This document shows positions 11,410 through 24,180 of a DNA stretch of 64,000 bases, one piece after another. Each line of letters opens with the position of its first letter. Within the stretch, counting starts at the first letter, position 1. Source of the stretch: Sphagnum compactum (taxonomy: Eukaryota); the NCBI GenBank assembly GCA_965153455.1, contig OZ234493.1:26712213-26776212 (forward strand), read 5' to 3'. The notes below the pieces were generated by a model. The model had not been told where the DNA came from. It saw only the letters and a program-made list of their open reading frames with translations, and did not search any database. The position numbers and the translations under genes are program-made.

Positions 11410-14400
11410 ATGGAAGACGTTAGTGCACGGAACATCTTCAATTGCAAGCTTCTCAGGGATGTCATGAACTCTGGAGAAAATCATGTGAACATTGGCAGAG
11501 GAATCTGTAGGGTTGTGATGAAAGAAGATGGTGTTGAAGAGATAAGTCAGTCAGAAAAATCGGACAGATTTGAAGCAGCAGCCATTGTCATCCAACGATG
11601 GTACCGAGAATATCGAGCTCACAAGCATGGATCAGCTGCTAGTTCTGCAAACAATTTTGGCTGGTATTGATCATCTCATTGCAAGTAGTTTGTGATTCTA
11701 GCGAAAACTAAACTTGGGACATTTCTGAAGCTTTAGTGCATTTTGAGCTTTGAATGTAATGTCAAGATGAGTGGCTGCTGGATGGATGGGTTTTAGGTCA
11801 TATGTTGAGGATGCTGCTACAAGACTGCAAGACAACTTGGAGCAGTTTTACAGTCATAGCAAGACTGATACTGTTGCTGAAAGATGGCATCGTGTGGTGA
11901 TGAAGGCTGCAATGGTACATCCCTTCTTTTCTTTTTTTTCCCTCTCCCCTTCTGTGTACTTGTAGAGGCAACCTGAAGCTCTTCAAGCCACATGTTGATG
12001 ACTCAGTCTCTCAATGCTTAACTTAGTCTCACCTTGGGTGAAAAGCAGCTGTGGTGGTGGTGTCAGAAAATTTTCAACAGAAACTCAGAATACAGATTTC
12101 GTACATGAATGGGTTGCCTGAATTTTGGGTGGATTATTCAATACTATATCTACACTCCACTGTGGGGAGCTGATGAAGTCAGTGAGTTGTCATGGTGGCT
12201 CATCTCTGCTATCCATGATGAAGGTTTGACACTTTGTGAGCAACTCAAAGAAAGTTGAATGCTCCAGTGGGGTCAATGGAATGAACAACAGGGATCTGGC
12301 ATGCAGGTGGGTAGAGGATTATCAAAGGATGCAAAAGCTCTTAAGCTGGGTCTTCAGCATTGGCTTGAAGCAGTAAGTGTTTGTGATTTGCAGTCTCTTC
12401 CATTCAAGCTTTTCTGTCACCCACCCTTCTATTTCTTGCTTACAATTTTTTTGGCTTGGGCTTTTGAGCTGGGTATTGCAGATTGATCCAAAGCACCGGT
12501 ATGGACACAATTTGTGCTTCTATTTTGAAGTATGGCTAAAAAGCCCCACACGTGAGCCCTTCTATTATTGGTATGTCGCTTCTGATTTGTGGCATACCCA
12601 GAGGAGAAAGTTTTAAGGTCTCACATTTTTTGTCATACATTGCATGCCTTGGGTTTCTCCTCTATATCAAGTTAGACTGCATACAGTCCATTCCATATCT
12701 AACTGGTCAATTGGTTTATCCCCAGGATGCATGGAATGCATGTCTGTCTGTCTTGCAGTGATGAGCTTGTCTCTTACATGATTTTGTTTTGGGTGATGCA
12801 GGTTGGATATAGGAGAGGGAAAGGATGTGGAACTTGAAAGTTGTTCAAGATCTAAACTGGAGAAAGGGCTTGTCACATACCTGGATCTGGTATTCAACTA
12901 AACCCCAAACCCTAAAACCCTCTTTTACTCTCTACTTTGGTATTTTTTATTGAAACTGTCCTGGGAATCAGAATTGTGCTTGCTTGCTTCAGATTTTGTT
13001 CAGCTATGGGCTTTTGCAATACATACAAGATGTACAACTGTTTCTACTGAACCAGGTCTGATCTTCTCTTTTACAGAATCAGAGAGAGAAGTATGAGGTG
13101 ATCATAGAAGATGGGAAGCTTTTCTACAAGCTCAGTGGGAAACCAGTTCATACCCCAAAGGATGACAAATGGATTTTTGTAATGAGTCCTTCTGAAAAGT
13201 TATATGTTGCTAAGGTACCTTTCTTCCTCAGAAATGGGTGTTAGATGAGCACACGTTGATGCTTGCTTGCGCCCATTATAGATAAAAAGTGAGATAGAAA
13301 GCTCATAGAAACTGTTTGTGTCAACATAAGTCTCTCTCTAATGGAAGTGAACTGTGTTGAAGCGGTGGCTGCCATTTTTGCTGTCGAAAACACATGGGTA
13401 ATAAATTGATGAAAAACCAATCTGACTCTGGTGACCAGAAGAAGAAGGGCAAGTTTCAGCACTCAAGTTTCCTAGCTGGAGGTGTCACAATTGCTGCTGG
13501 GCGTCTCATTGTGAACAATGGTATTTTGGAGGTAAAACTTGGCTGTGAACCCAATCCTCGTCTTTGGATCATAGACATGGGTACTACTCAACCCCTGTGT
13601 ACACATGTTGGTTGCTATAAGACAGCACCCTGTCTTAATTGAACCAGCTGAGTTTCTGCTTGAATCAACCCATAAAGACTATCAAGAAAAGCAGACTGCG
13701 TGTCTTTTCCTGATATTTGTAGCAATTGGAGAAAGAAGAAAAGTAAGTGACTTGTGAACTGTACCCTGTAATGCTGGTCAATGCATTTTTCTCCCCTGAA
13801 GTTGATGATGGCAGTTCACTGACCACCCTGCTGTGTGTATTACAATTAGCTGATTGAGGCACACAGTGGGCACTACCTTCCAAAGCCCGAAAACTTTCAG
13901 ACTTTGATTGCTGCACTCACCAGCAGTGGAGTTGACCTCACTGTTGCAAAGGTATGAAATGCAAGCTATCTCAGGATTGCTCCAGGATTAATGGAGAGGG
14001 AAAAAAAGCAAAAAGAAAAGGCAGTCAGATGGTTCAGGGTTGAGGGTTTACCAGTGCAATACCGAGTGGACAATTGATTTCACCATCTAGTCAAGTGTGT
14101 TGTTTGTTCCTGGTTTCTCACCATCTTGGAGAACATATTTTGCTTGGAAACTAGATCGAGCTTTAACCAATGTATTGGCTTTGAGGGCAGGTGGAACTGG
14201 AGTCAGAAGAGGAGGTTAATAAGCGCAGAGGTGCTGTTGGGAGCACAGCAAATGCAATTGTCAACCATGAAAAGGCTTTTGAAGTTCTATTAGAAAGTGC
14301 AGGTTTTTCCCTTAATAATGACAAAAAACTGAACATTGTCAACCCTGATTCCACAGACAATGAAGAAGGATCTGATGAAGAGGTACCCAAAACCAAATAG
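11410..14400 (+). CDS. IQM: IQ-motif-containing protein, plant IQM family (calmodulin-binding), about 385 aa
   Basis: GT-AG exons 11410-11663, 11797-11914, 12307-12372, 12482-12570, 12802-12889, 13077-13214, 13439-13531, 13850-13951 and 14191-14400 join in frame (1158 nt). IQ motif [16 protein letters not shown] hallmarks: [102 protein letters not shown]. The start codon is uncertain (see findings). Confidence 0.9.
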
Positions 14401-15217
14401 AGAGGCTTTACAAGGTGGAATACAATCCAGTAGCAAACTGGATTGTCATGTGAAGGAAGGAAGCACTCAGTATCATGAGGACAGTGTAAGACTTAAAGGA
14501 AGCAGTACGTAGTGAATGTAATTGTTTGCAGTCAGAGTCCAAGGGTCTTGAGATCATAGAGAAACAGGTTGTGAAAACACAGGACTAAAATTAACCGGGT
14601 TGTCATTTCAGTAGCATTTGATAAGTGCAGTGTAGGGTTGCTTACTATGAAGCTGCTACTGATTTTGGGGAGAAATGGAATGCATGAGTGGTGATGAGAA
14701 AGGTCACAGAGATAACTCACTCAGAGTTGTTTGCATAATGTGTAAGGTGAAGCCCCAGGGTGGGGGTGTTCCCAAAATAAGGGGCTTAGACAAGGCTATA
14801 GGTAAGTCTGGCCCTGTGTTTTGGGAATGTTTCCCTCATATGGGCTTTACCCCATTGTAAAACAAAGGCAAACGTTATCATGAACTGAAAGAACTTTTCA
14901 AAGTTTTCCTTTGAAATGATTTCTGTCACCTCCCCTTGTAGAATCTTCCTTCAAAGCAGAAAGGGACCTTCCACTAAGGTAAAGAACTGCCCAGATTTTT
15001 GCAGTGTATACTTTTGTCACCTCTGATGTGTAACCTTTCATGACTGTTGCCTTAAATCTAGGGAATGGTCTAAATGTAGGTCCTTCTCTTATATAGTAGA
15101 TGCCAATTTTGTAGAAGTTTTTGCAAGGTAAGGAATAGGTTTTTGGTGCCTATCTGAAGGTCCCAAACCCAAGGAGAGCTTCAAAACTGTTCCTTACCTT
15201 CTACAAACATATGTTGG

Positions 15218-15465
15218 TCATGAGGGGTAGCAGGAGAACAGTTCTTATGCCTCCTCCTTAAAATGGTGATCCATCTTACACCTATAACTAAGCACAAAGT
15301 TATAGGAGAGGGAAGGTTCTTACATGTACCCCTTAAAAGGGAAGGGATTTTATGCCTACAAGTGAGCAAAATTTCCCTCCAACTCTTGAGTAGGGCGTAA
15401 GATCCCTCCTCTTTCCAAGGAGGTACACTCATACACAATCATAGATGTAAGGTGCCCTCCAAATA
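15218..15465 (+). repeat. Dispersed repeat copy related to 4972-5160
   Basis: Same ordered blocks as 4972-5160. Confidence 0.6.
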
Positions 15466-17121
15466 GTGTAGGGTTAAGCACAAGGGTGAGGGCATTGCTG
15501 AAATAAGGGCTTGTGCAAGGTGGCTGTCAAGCATTGCCCATTTTTGGCAATGCAAGGGCCTGTGTGCTTTATTGAGCATAAAGAGCGACCTTGCATTTTA
15601 CTTTTTTTTTCCCCATGATACTCAGTGGGTATCCCAAGGGTATCACGGAAAAAAAAAACAATTCCAAGCTTTACAAAAAGAGAATGCCCACTGGAGCGGA
15701 ACTTTCCATTTTTGAAAAGCCCATGATGCCAGAGCTTACAAGAAAGGAATGCTTCCAAGAGCAGAACTTTCCATTTTTGAAAAGTCTGGCAAGAATTTAT
15801 GCTGTGCAAGCACTCTCTAGATACACTCGAAGAAATCAGAGGAGGTCTTTATGACTAGGAAATCTCTCTGAGCGCCTTGGGTACACAAAACTTTGTATCA
15901 CAATTTCTCATACTCTCATCAGTCAAAAGGCCTCAAACCTATGTAGACATTGCACACACAACAAGTCTGCTGTCTTGATCACAAGGTGTAAACTAATGAG
16001 ATTACAAGTGTGCATGGGTGGTTCTGGATCTGCAATCCCTAGAATGAGAACTATATACCTTTACAATCCCAGGTTTTGAGAAGATTTCTGAATTGGCATT
16101 CATTTATTGACTCGAAGCAGGACAGCTACACCCTATAACTTGGCTGTTGTTATTGCTTTCTTAAAGTAGGTAGGTCAGTAACTACAAATAAGTAGCAAAA
16201 GAAGCAAGTAGCAACCCCAACTATGCACCATGTTGGCCACCTTAGCAGGTAGCAACTAGCAACCCTAATGATGTACCATATTTGCCACCTTAATATGTAC
16301 TATAGCTGCCACATTAGCAGGTAGCAATGTAGCAACCTGGACTGTGTGCCCATCTTCATATTGACCTTGTAAATGACTCACACAGAAATCATACACTAAT
16401 CATGGTGGGCTTTACAAAGAGTAGTTTCCCTCCCACTGTCTGTGGGTGGGAAGTTCTGATTTGTAGGGGAAATTCTTTACCTCATGTGAAAATTTATGAT
16501 TCTTAGTGACATTCTCACTTTTTGTCAACCCAATTTGGGAACTTTTAAAAACTCTTCATCCATCACCAGTCTAGAAACGTACTTTGATCAGGGTAAGAAA
16601 TAAAACCCTGTAAATAAAAATCAAGGATGGGAACCCATTCATCAAAAGTACAAGGCAAATGAGAGCATGAGTATGTATACACAACCCAAAGAAAAAATGA
16701 AAGCAAATAATTGATGAAGATAAGGAAAAGAAAACCCTATGCAAATGGGACCCAAGGTTACGAAATGACGATCAACAATAACAGCTTGTAACATGCTATC
16801 AACCTAGTCTGTGCCTCAACTAGGTAGATGGCCTCCTGCTACACAGAGTGTAGCCGGGCTCAAGGTAGCCATAACTGAATGTTCCACAGCATCTCACTAA
16901 CATGGCAGCACGAGATTGGACAAGACCTCCCTAGTTATATCACAAATTCTGCTGCCTTCTCACCTTTTTGTACCTCCCTTATGCATTTTGGCATTTTCGT
17001 GACTAATGATTCGCTAAACCTCATAACTCACCTTCTTCTATGTCCTATAACCCATAGAGTCGATGCTCCTATACAATCAGTCATGTTTGGTAACCTAGTC
17101 TGGGTGGTGACAGGCCTCAAC

Positions 17122-17383
17122 TAGTCATGGTAACCTGCACACTCTTGTTGATGTGCACCTCAGCACCTCAGCTGATGTGCACTTCACAGCTATTCAAGAT
17201 AACTCCAGGCTCTTGTTGGTCATGTGCCTCACTATTCATGGTAACATACACATTGCTGCTGGTCACATACCTTGTCTATTATGGTAACCCGCATACTCTC
17301 ACCAATCATGCACCTCCATTGTTCATGGTAACCTCTGCATTACATGCTCTCACCAATCATGCACCTCAACTAATCATGCACTA
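17122..17383. repeat. Degenerate minisatellite of about 40-50 bp units
   Basis: Recurring (t/c)atggtaac...ctc...catg(c/t)acctc. The last two units share ctctcaccaatcatgcacctc exactly. Confidence 0.55.
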
Positions 17384-18284
17384 GTGTTTTTTTTTCTCCA
17401 AGTTTTGGCTCTTGTGTCAATGGTGATCATCCCAAGACAGATGTAGCATTAAATGGCACCAATCTTTAGGGCTTGTCTTTAAAAAAAAAATCCTTAATAG
17501 CATGGATATTGTAGCTAAGAATAGAAATGTAGCCAACCTGACCCAAAATTGCTTTTGTTTTTAAACAACTTTTTTCAAAAAACAGGAATCTTGTGACAGA
17601 ATGTACTATTTTTTCAAAAAAGAAATTCACAACAGTGCAAAATTTTGCAATAAAAAATAAAATTGCTGCTCCACACTTTGTGCACTCTTGCACAGGCCTC
17701 TTCTATTCACAGTAACCTACAAGCTCTGGCAGGTTACCTAGTCCAATACCTAGACTCAAGCTAAGCAATACCTTTTGCTTAGCACGTTTCCCATCACTAA
17801 TCCATGCTTGCCTTAAAGGTTAAAGAGGCAGAATAGTGAGGGAGAGAGAGGATAGTGTGGATGTTACACCGCCCTTCCAGATTATAGTTCAATTAGTTTA
17901 CAATTTCTGCAAACCTCCTTCAAACCATAAGGAAAGTACCTCCGGATTTTGCCATCTGAAGAATTTTGGAAAAGTCAAAAACCCAACAGGAAAAAAAAAA
18001 AAGGAAAAGAAAAAAAAGGAGTGTGCCTCAAGAAATTGGGTGTTGGTGAGATTTGTGTTTTGTTCGAAGATATTGAAGAAGAAGTCGCATGTCTGCAAAA
18101 CTCTTGAGAGACGGAGATACAGTAGCACAGAAAGGGATATATACACAAGAGATTTCACAAGGCTTTTGCACTTATCTCAAATCTTTGATAGGCTCCTTCT
18201 TCTACTTCTTCTTCTTGTGGCGAAGGGAAAGTGGTTTGAATACAAAACACAAAGAAAGGGTTTTTTTGTTGGGACAAAAGGATC

Positions 18285-21117
18285 ATGGCCGTGAATCCAC
18301 AGTTGTATGGGAATGGAACGCCGGTACCCTTTGTGAACGAAGTGTTTTTGCTGCGTCGAGAATCAGTCGAGGTCCTTGTTGACAAACTCCCAGGGTAAAT
18401 CAATCTCTTCTTCTCCCTCTCTCTTCATCATTACAGCCCTTTTTCAAGGATTAGGGTTTCCTTCATGGGTGTGGTAGATGATCAGCACAGATAGTGGTTT
18501 GTTATGGGATTTTGTTTCTAGTAGGGTGTGAGCCAAATTCATGCTTAGGCTTTTGTCAATCTCTAGATTATTGAAGAAAGAAAGTGGATTAAGGATGTAG
18601 GTGATGATGATGGTGGTGGTGGCTTGGGTGTTGATCAAAACAGTAAAATTGTATGGAAATCAAGACTGAGAGATTCACAGTAATAGTGTGAATCCTTTTT
18701 CCAGGATTAGGGTTTTCTTCATGGGTGTGGTAGATCAGCACAGACAGTGATTTTGTTTCTGGTAGGGTTTGAACCAAATTCATGCTTGGGGTTTTGTCAA
18801 TGTCTAGATTATTGAAGAAAGATAGTGGATTGAGGAGATGGGTGACGATGATGACAGCTAAGTTGTTGATCAAAAGAGCAAAATTGTTTGGAAATCATGA
18901 CCAAGCAGCAATAGTGTGAATTCCTTTTCAAGGATTTAGGGTTTTCTTCATGGGTGTGGTAGATCAGCACAGACAGTGGTTTATTATACAATTTTGTTTC
19001 TATTAGGGTGTGAACCAAATTCATGCTTGGGGTTTTGTCAATCTCTAGATTATTGAAGAAAGAAAGTGGATTGAGGATATGGGTGATGATGCTGATGATG
19101 GTAGCTTGGGTGCCAATTGAAACAGTAAACATGTATGGAAATTGAGGCCAAAAGATTCACAGCAATCATGTTAGTAAAGCTGAGAGGGTTATGATGGGCT
19201 ACAATTTTCTCCATTTGCAGTCACACTTGTATTGAGATTGAGAGATTTTACAGCAGATGAGTGGGTCTGTTGGGCATATTGTGTGAAGCAAGCACAACTT
19301 AGACGATTAGCAATAGATCAGCAAACATCAGAAGGTCCATTATGTGATGTAAATCAGTAATTGACTCTTGTGCAGGCTTCTTGGACCTTGAAGTGTTGAA
19401 CTTGCATTGTCAGAGGATCATCTGGCTCACTGGATCCATTTCTTGAGAAATCCATTGTCTAAGAGTCATTGGGTCTGTGTGTGGTTTGAATACCTAGTAG
19501 TCTTCAAGGGGATTTCTACAGGTTGTAGTTTTGGTTTGCAGTTTAGTGGTTCATCACTGACTGAACAAAGAATTTGCTGCTATCAAGAATTTGGGCATTT
19601 CACTTGTAGATAGATGGTGAGAGCAGTTGATCTGTAAGTGCAAGATTGGCATCTTTGGTGTTAGATTTACAGAACAAGCAACCCTTGCTTTGAACTATGA
19701 GGAGGAATTAGAAGGATGATGGAAGTAAAGGGATGAATCTGTAGATATGTGGGGAAGCCATGAAAACATCACATTGTTTCAACAAAACTATTTTCTCTAT
19801 TTCTCTATTTCTTGGTATATGGAAGAAATCTGTGGTTGATTTCCTTGTATGAAGTATGAATGGTTGTAAGAAGAAGAAGAATTGCAGTTAATGTCTTGTT
19901 TAAGCTTGTTAGCAACGATGGGCTGAATTGGGTTTTTCCATGTGCTGTAGTGCTCCTGGAGGAAAACTGTCTGGGAAAGGAACGATTTATATGTCTACAT
20001 TTCGGATTGTGTTTGTTTTGAGCCATTCCGTTGGGGACATTTTTGCATTCGATATACCACTGGTACAATACTCTTCATGACACAATTCTAAGTATTCTAT
20101 TGGGAACAAAGAATTGCTGATGCTGTAGCTTCTTTACAAAAATTGGTGCAAAGGAGATAAGCTCATTTCTGATGGCTGTGCTGACAAATTGCTATCAGAG
20201 GTAGAAAGAATAGGGGGATGCTTTTATTCTTTTATGGAAAATGGTGTGAGGAGGAGATAAGCTTATTCTTGAAGACTGTGCAGCTGTTCATACATGAGGA
20301 GAGTTTCAACCAGCCCATCTTCTTTTGCAACAACCTCTCTGGCAAAGTTTATCCAGTAAGTCATCACCCTAAACCCTAAACCGTATTAGTGATCATACTG
20401 ATCTTACAAAGGTCCAAGGCAACATTCGAATACTTGGGGAACTATTTTTTTTGGGTCTTTGTTTTTGAGGTGCAATGGGTTGTGTTATGGGATCAGGTAA
20501 TACCAGAGGGGGCAAATCAGGCACTGTATACAGCACACACTTTCAAAATCATGTTCGTCGAGGGTGGTGTGGGCACTTTTATTCCGCTGTTTATGAACTT
20601 GATCAAGTCTGTGAGAGCTGCTGAACGGGAGGGACTGGCAACACAACCATCTGCACCACCTGCTGACCCATTACCCACTGCTCAGGCTCCTGTGGATGAG
20701 TTAATACAGCATGCGTAAGTCAACTTTTTTCCTTTTTTTTTTGCAAATGTGCATTGTGGGTGTTTCCCCCACTGGTTTGATCAACACCCGTATAATCAAT
20801 TGAGTGAGATTTTACAATAGATCTTTGAATGCTGTAGGATCACCAGTACTGTCAAAGGACCTATTGAACGAGTCCGTGGTTTTGGGGTGCTCAAGGAAAA
20901 GAAGATGCAGTGGTGATATGTGAAAATATAGAGGTTGCATTTTTGTTTTTAAATGGAGTGCATGATTGTTTGCTATTGAAATGGATTTTGTAATGCATGC
21001 AGGTATATTGATCCACATGATCCCACCAAGCTATATTTACAGCAGCCTTCAGAGTCACAGCCTACTCTACGACGCCGTAATTACAGCACTCGGACTGCCG
21101 AACAGGGACAAATGTAG
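18285..21117 (+). CDS. WW-domain-binding protein 2-like / UPF0664 stress-induced protein (GRAM/PH-like fold), about 208 aa
   Basis: Exons 18285-18394, 19951-20062, 20284-20355, 20497-20714 and 21003-21117 with GT-AG borders give an open 627-nt frame: MAVNPQLYGNGTPVPFVNEVFLLRRESVEVLVDKLPG...GKGTIYMSTFRIVFV...FAFDIPLLFIHEESFNQPIFFCNNLSGKVYPVIPE...HTFKIMFVEGGVGTFIPLF...AYIDPHDPTKLYLQQP...LRRRNYS. This matches my recollection of the plant WBP2-like family. Confidence 0.9.
18441..19165. repeat. Three tandem copies of about 230-255 bp in intron 1 of the WBP2-like gene
   Basis: Copies start at about 18441, 18697 and 18925. Each has aggatt(t)agggttt(c/t)cttcatgggtgtggtagat..cagcacaga..agtg...ccaaattcatgctt...ttttgtcaat.tctagattattgaagaaaga.agtggatt. 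Confidence 0.9.
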
Positions 21118-21207
21118 CAGCACTGTGTAACATGATTAACATGGAGCAGTTTCTTCCGTGGATGCTTTCACTGCAAAATTATTTTTTTGTAGATATATAT
21201 GTGCATG

Positions 21208-21209
<2 letters not shown>

Positions 21210-21242
<33 letters not shown>
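21210..21242. repeat. (GT)n microsatellite in the 3' region of the WBP2-like gene
   Basis: About 16 GT units read directly. Confidence 0.95.
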
Positions 21243-21244
<2 letters not shown>

Positions 21245-21440
21245 AAGGCATTTCATTTGTCATACAAAACTGTTGTTGAATAGTTTCATTTGATATCTAT
21301 CTGTCTTTGTATTAAGAACTCTGTTGAGTACAAAATGACTGATTTTTGTCATAGTAGGCAGGGGTGCTTCCACAGCTAGAGGAGTGATCACCTTGTTATC
21401 TATGCATCCATCATTGTCTCATTGTCTATGCATGTTTAGT

Positions 21441-21463
21441 GTTTAGGGTTTAGGGTTTAGGTT
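21441..21463 (+). repeat. Short interstitial TTTAGGG telomere-type repeat / telo-box cluster
   Basis: gtttagggtttagggtttaggtt read directly. Confidence 0.75.
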
Positions 21464-22992
21464 CACAATTTGCCTTGTTCTTTATGCTAGGTGGACATCC
21501 ACAGGCAGTTGAGGCATTCTCAAAATGGAATACTGGGCTTGCCTACACCTCATGTAGCCTCTCCTATTTCAGGAATGCCCCCCTCACCTTGCAGCATTAC
21601 CCTTACCCTTTGTTCACCTCCTTAATTGTGCAGAATCTGCCTAAGTAACTGATTCTGCCTCCCAGGTGAATTCTTCATGATTATTGCACAGCCACTGCCT
21701 TTGACATCAGTGGGCAGGAAGGCTACTGCTGATTCTGGCTCCCAGCTTGCCTCTGCATGAGTGAACCTGGGGCCAAGGTGTGAGCTGGAATACTGCATGC
21801 CCACTCTTCACATTAATGCCCAAGTGAAGTACCATGAGTGTTGCAGGATTGATATAAGTAGAGGGCATGCTACTCACATCTGTCTATTAAGAAAGGTGGT
21901 TTGTTTTTTTTTGTTTGTCACATTGAGATCTTCCACACCACTAAGCCCAGCCACACTCTTGGTACTGTTGGAAAGCCCTCAATGAGTAGGGTGGGATGCA
22001 CTGAGGTGGTTTCATAATGTTTAGACCTATGGTGCAAGAGTTATTGAATATTGAACAAATTTTTGTCATTGAAGTCTAAACTAGGTCAAGATTGGTCCTG
22101 AAGAGGTTTGTGCTTGCAGAACCTTTGTCACATCAACTGATGTATTAACAGCAAAGATAATGATGTTGGGTAGGTCAACATCTTCTGGTTGCAGTAGTAT
22201 GTCAAATTTGAGGAATTCCACTTTCTTGTTTGCAAAGTTTGGCAATTTCCAATGTGTGAGATTCTTGAGGCTTTTTGCAGTTGACAAGATTGAGTCCATA
22301 ATCATGATGGAAGACATGCCTTTTTGAGCTTAAAATCTGTAGTTATGTCAAGTGATACAAAAAGGAATTGGACCATTGGCCGCTCTTGCATCCAAGGAAT
22401 TGGACCAATTCAGAAAGAACAATTCAAGCACTATGGACTGTGGGCCAGCTACATTTGCCTTCATTTCACAGATGGGTCTTTTGAGTCAGCACCTTAAACC
22501 CTAAACCTTAAACCTTGAAGAATATGAAGGATCCTGAGGTTGAATTCATCATCAAGTCTATGGCATGGAGACTATCATTTGGATCTTTTATTGGGGGAAC
22601 CAATTCAAAATTCAATTCAGCTGTCTGGGCCAAGCACTGATTCTTCATGCAGGAGCTTGAGTGGTGGTGCTTTGGATGCCAATGCCAGAAGACATATGAA
22701 TGAAAGTTTTGCTGCTGCTCCTAGTCTTGGTCAGCCATCTGTGAAAGGTATCTCATAGTATAGAAGGTTGCTTCTTCAGGAGATCTACAGAAGAGGAGCG
22801 AGTTGTGTGTTTAGGAATCGTTGTTCTTTGGTTGCTATTGTTTTGTTGGTCTGATAATTTCACTATTTTGATGGTATTGAAGTATGATAGTATTTGCTAG
22901 CACAATTTTTTCAGGGACATGCTATATATTGCTTTGCAAGGTTTATTGTTAAGACTTGGAAGACATCCAAAACACCATTCTGATGTTGCAAC

Positions 22993-23482
22993 AAGTGCAG
23001 GCTGGTTATTGCGTTTTGATCCGGTTATCAATTCAGTAATTAATAACCTACCCAGCCAGTTATTGATTTTTTTGATAACCAGTTACTAACCTAACCACCT
23101 GGTATTGAATTTTCAAAATCTAATCTACTACCGGCATGACCTTGTTATCATCTCGGGAGGTTATCAATCCTAAAACACTAAAAAAAATTATGACTAATTT
23201 TTTTATAAAAATAAAAACAGAAAAATATGCAAGTTTTAAATTCAATTCTTTAAAAACCCTATAACCAGTGTATAGCCAGCAGGATAACCAGCAGTTATCA
23301 ATCAGGTATTTGAAAACCTACCCTTGCATATAACCAATGGTTCTTACAAAAAATATTGATAACTTAACTGGCATCCAATTTCATTGATATTGATAATTAA
23401 CTGAGAACCATCTTATATATTTTATAAAAATAAAAGCTAGCAGCAGTTATGAAAAAATAAAATCAATAACTGGCCAACAACG
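22993..23482. mobile_element. Non-autonomous hAT-like MITE
   Basis: Imperfect TIR: left aagtgcaggctggttattg versus reverse complement of the right end, cgttgttggccagttattg. The 8-bp flanks gttgcaac and gttgcaag match 7/8 (TSD). Many internal ggttat/ataacc motifs occur in both orientations. Confidence 0.7.
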
Positions 23483-23831
23483 GTTGCAAGTCTTAGCAGA
23501 AGGATTTGTCTCAAATGAAGGGTGTAGCATGCACCTACTGGATAACATCTTCTTGGTTAATTTCAGGTTATAGACGAGGAGAATACTGTGCTAATTATAT
23601 GGAGGGCCAAGGTTAAGCCTTAAACCCTCTTCTTTTGGGTGTTCCTTGCCGATATCATCAAGCCAGCAGCAAAGAACTACAAAACAAGTGTTTACTGGTC
23701 TGAATCCATTATTACCTTGGCCTAAGCCCAAAACTTGAGTGCAGCAATGCAGATTTGGCTCAACCATCCCATGCGAGAGGCTCTTTAGAGGTACCAGCTG
23801 CAACTTATGCCTTCTTGTTTTGGGTTCAAAT

Positions 23832-24180
23832 CATTGTTGGGCGGTTCTTAGAATGAGGGACAGATACCCACCAGTTATTTAAAAAAAGGTATATATACAC
23901 TTACCTGTCAGTTCTCAAATTTCAAAGCACCAGTTTTGGTGTAATTAACCGTGATTCTCAAAGAATGAAAAGTCGAAGAATCGTCCAGAGAATCATTGGC
24001 TCTTTGCTGGTTCTTTCATGAAACCCATCAATTGTTTAAGATTTTTGAAATAACCGGAAACAACAGTTCTTTGATTCTGAAGTTTTTCAAGGACCTGGAA
24101 CTGGTGCTTCTTTGAATCTGGAATATTTAAAGAACTAGAACCGGCAGTTCTTAAAAAATTCAAAGACCCACCCAACACTG
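23832..24180. mobile_element. Non-autonomous hAT-like MITE
   Basis: Left end cattgttgggcggttctt versus reverse complement of the right end, cagtgttgggtgggtctt. Internal agttct/agaac subterminal motifs. The TSD is only partly conserved (gttcaaat / cttcaaca). Confidence 0.6.

Noticed and set aside
17836-18294. 152-aa ORF upstream of the WBP2-like gene
   Set aside because: It is low complexity (poly-K and poly-L from A-rich and CTT tracts), overlaps the promoter/5'UTR, and is in a different frame from the real start at 18285.
18444-19132. Three similar minus-strand ORFs (LNPLSFFNNLEIDK...) resembling a repeat protein or peptide family
   Set aside because: They are translations of the intronic tandem repeat in shifting frames, with no evidence of coding constraint.
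22081-22758. ORFs 22081-22317 (-) and 22540-22758 (+) as possible gene fragments
   Set aside because: No recognisable domain or consistent exon chain. A homology search would be needed.
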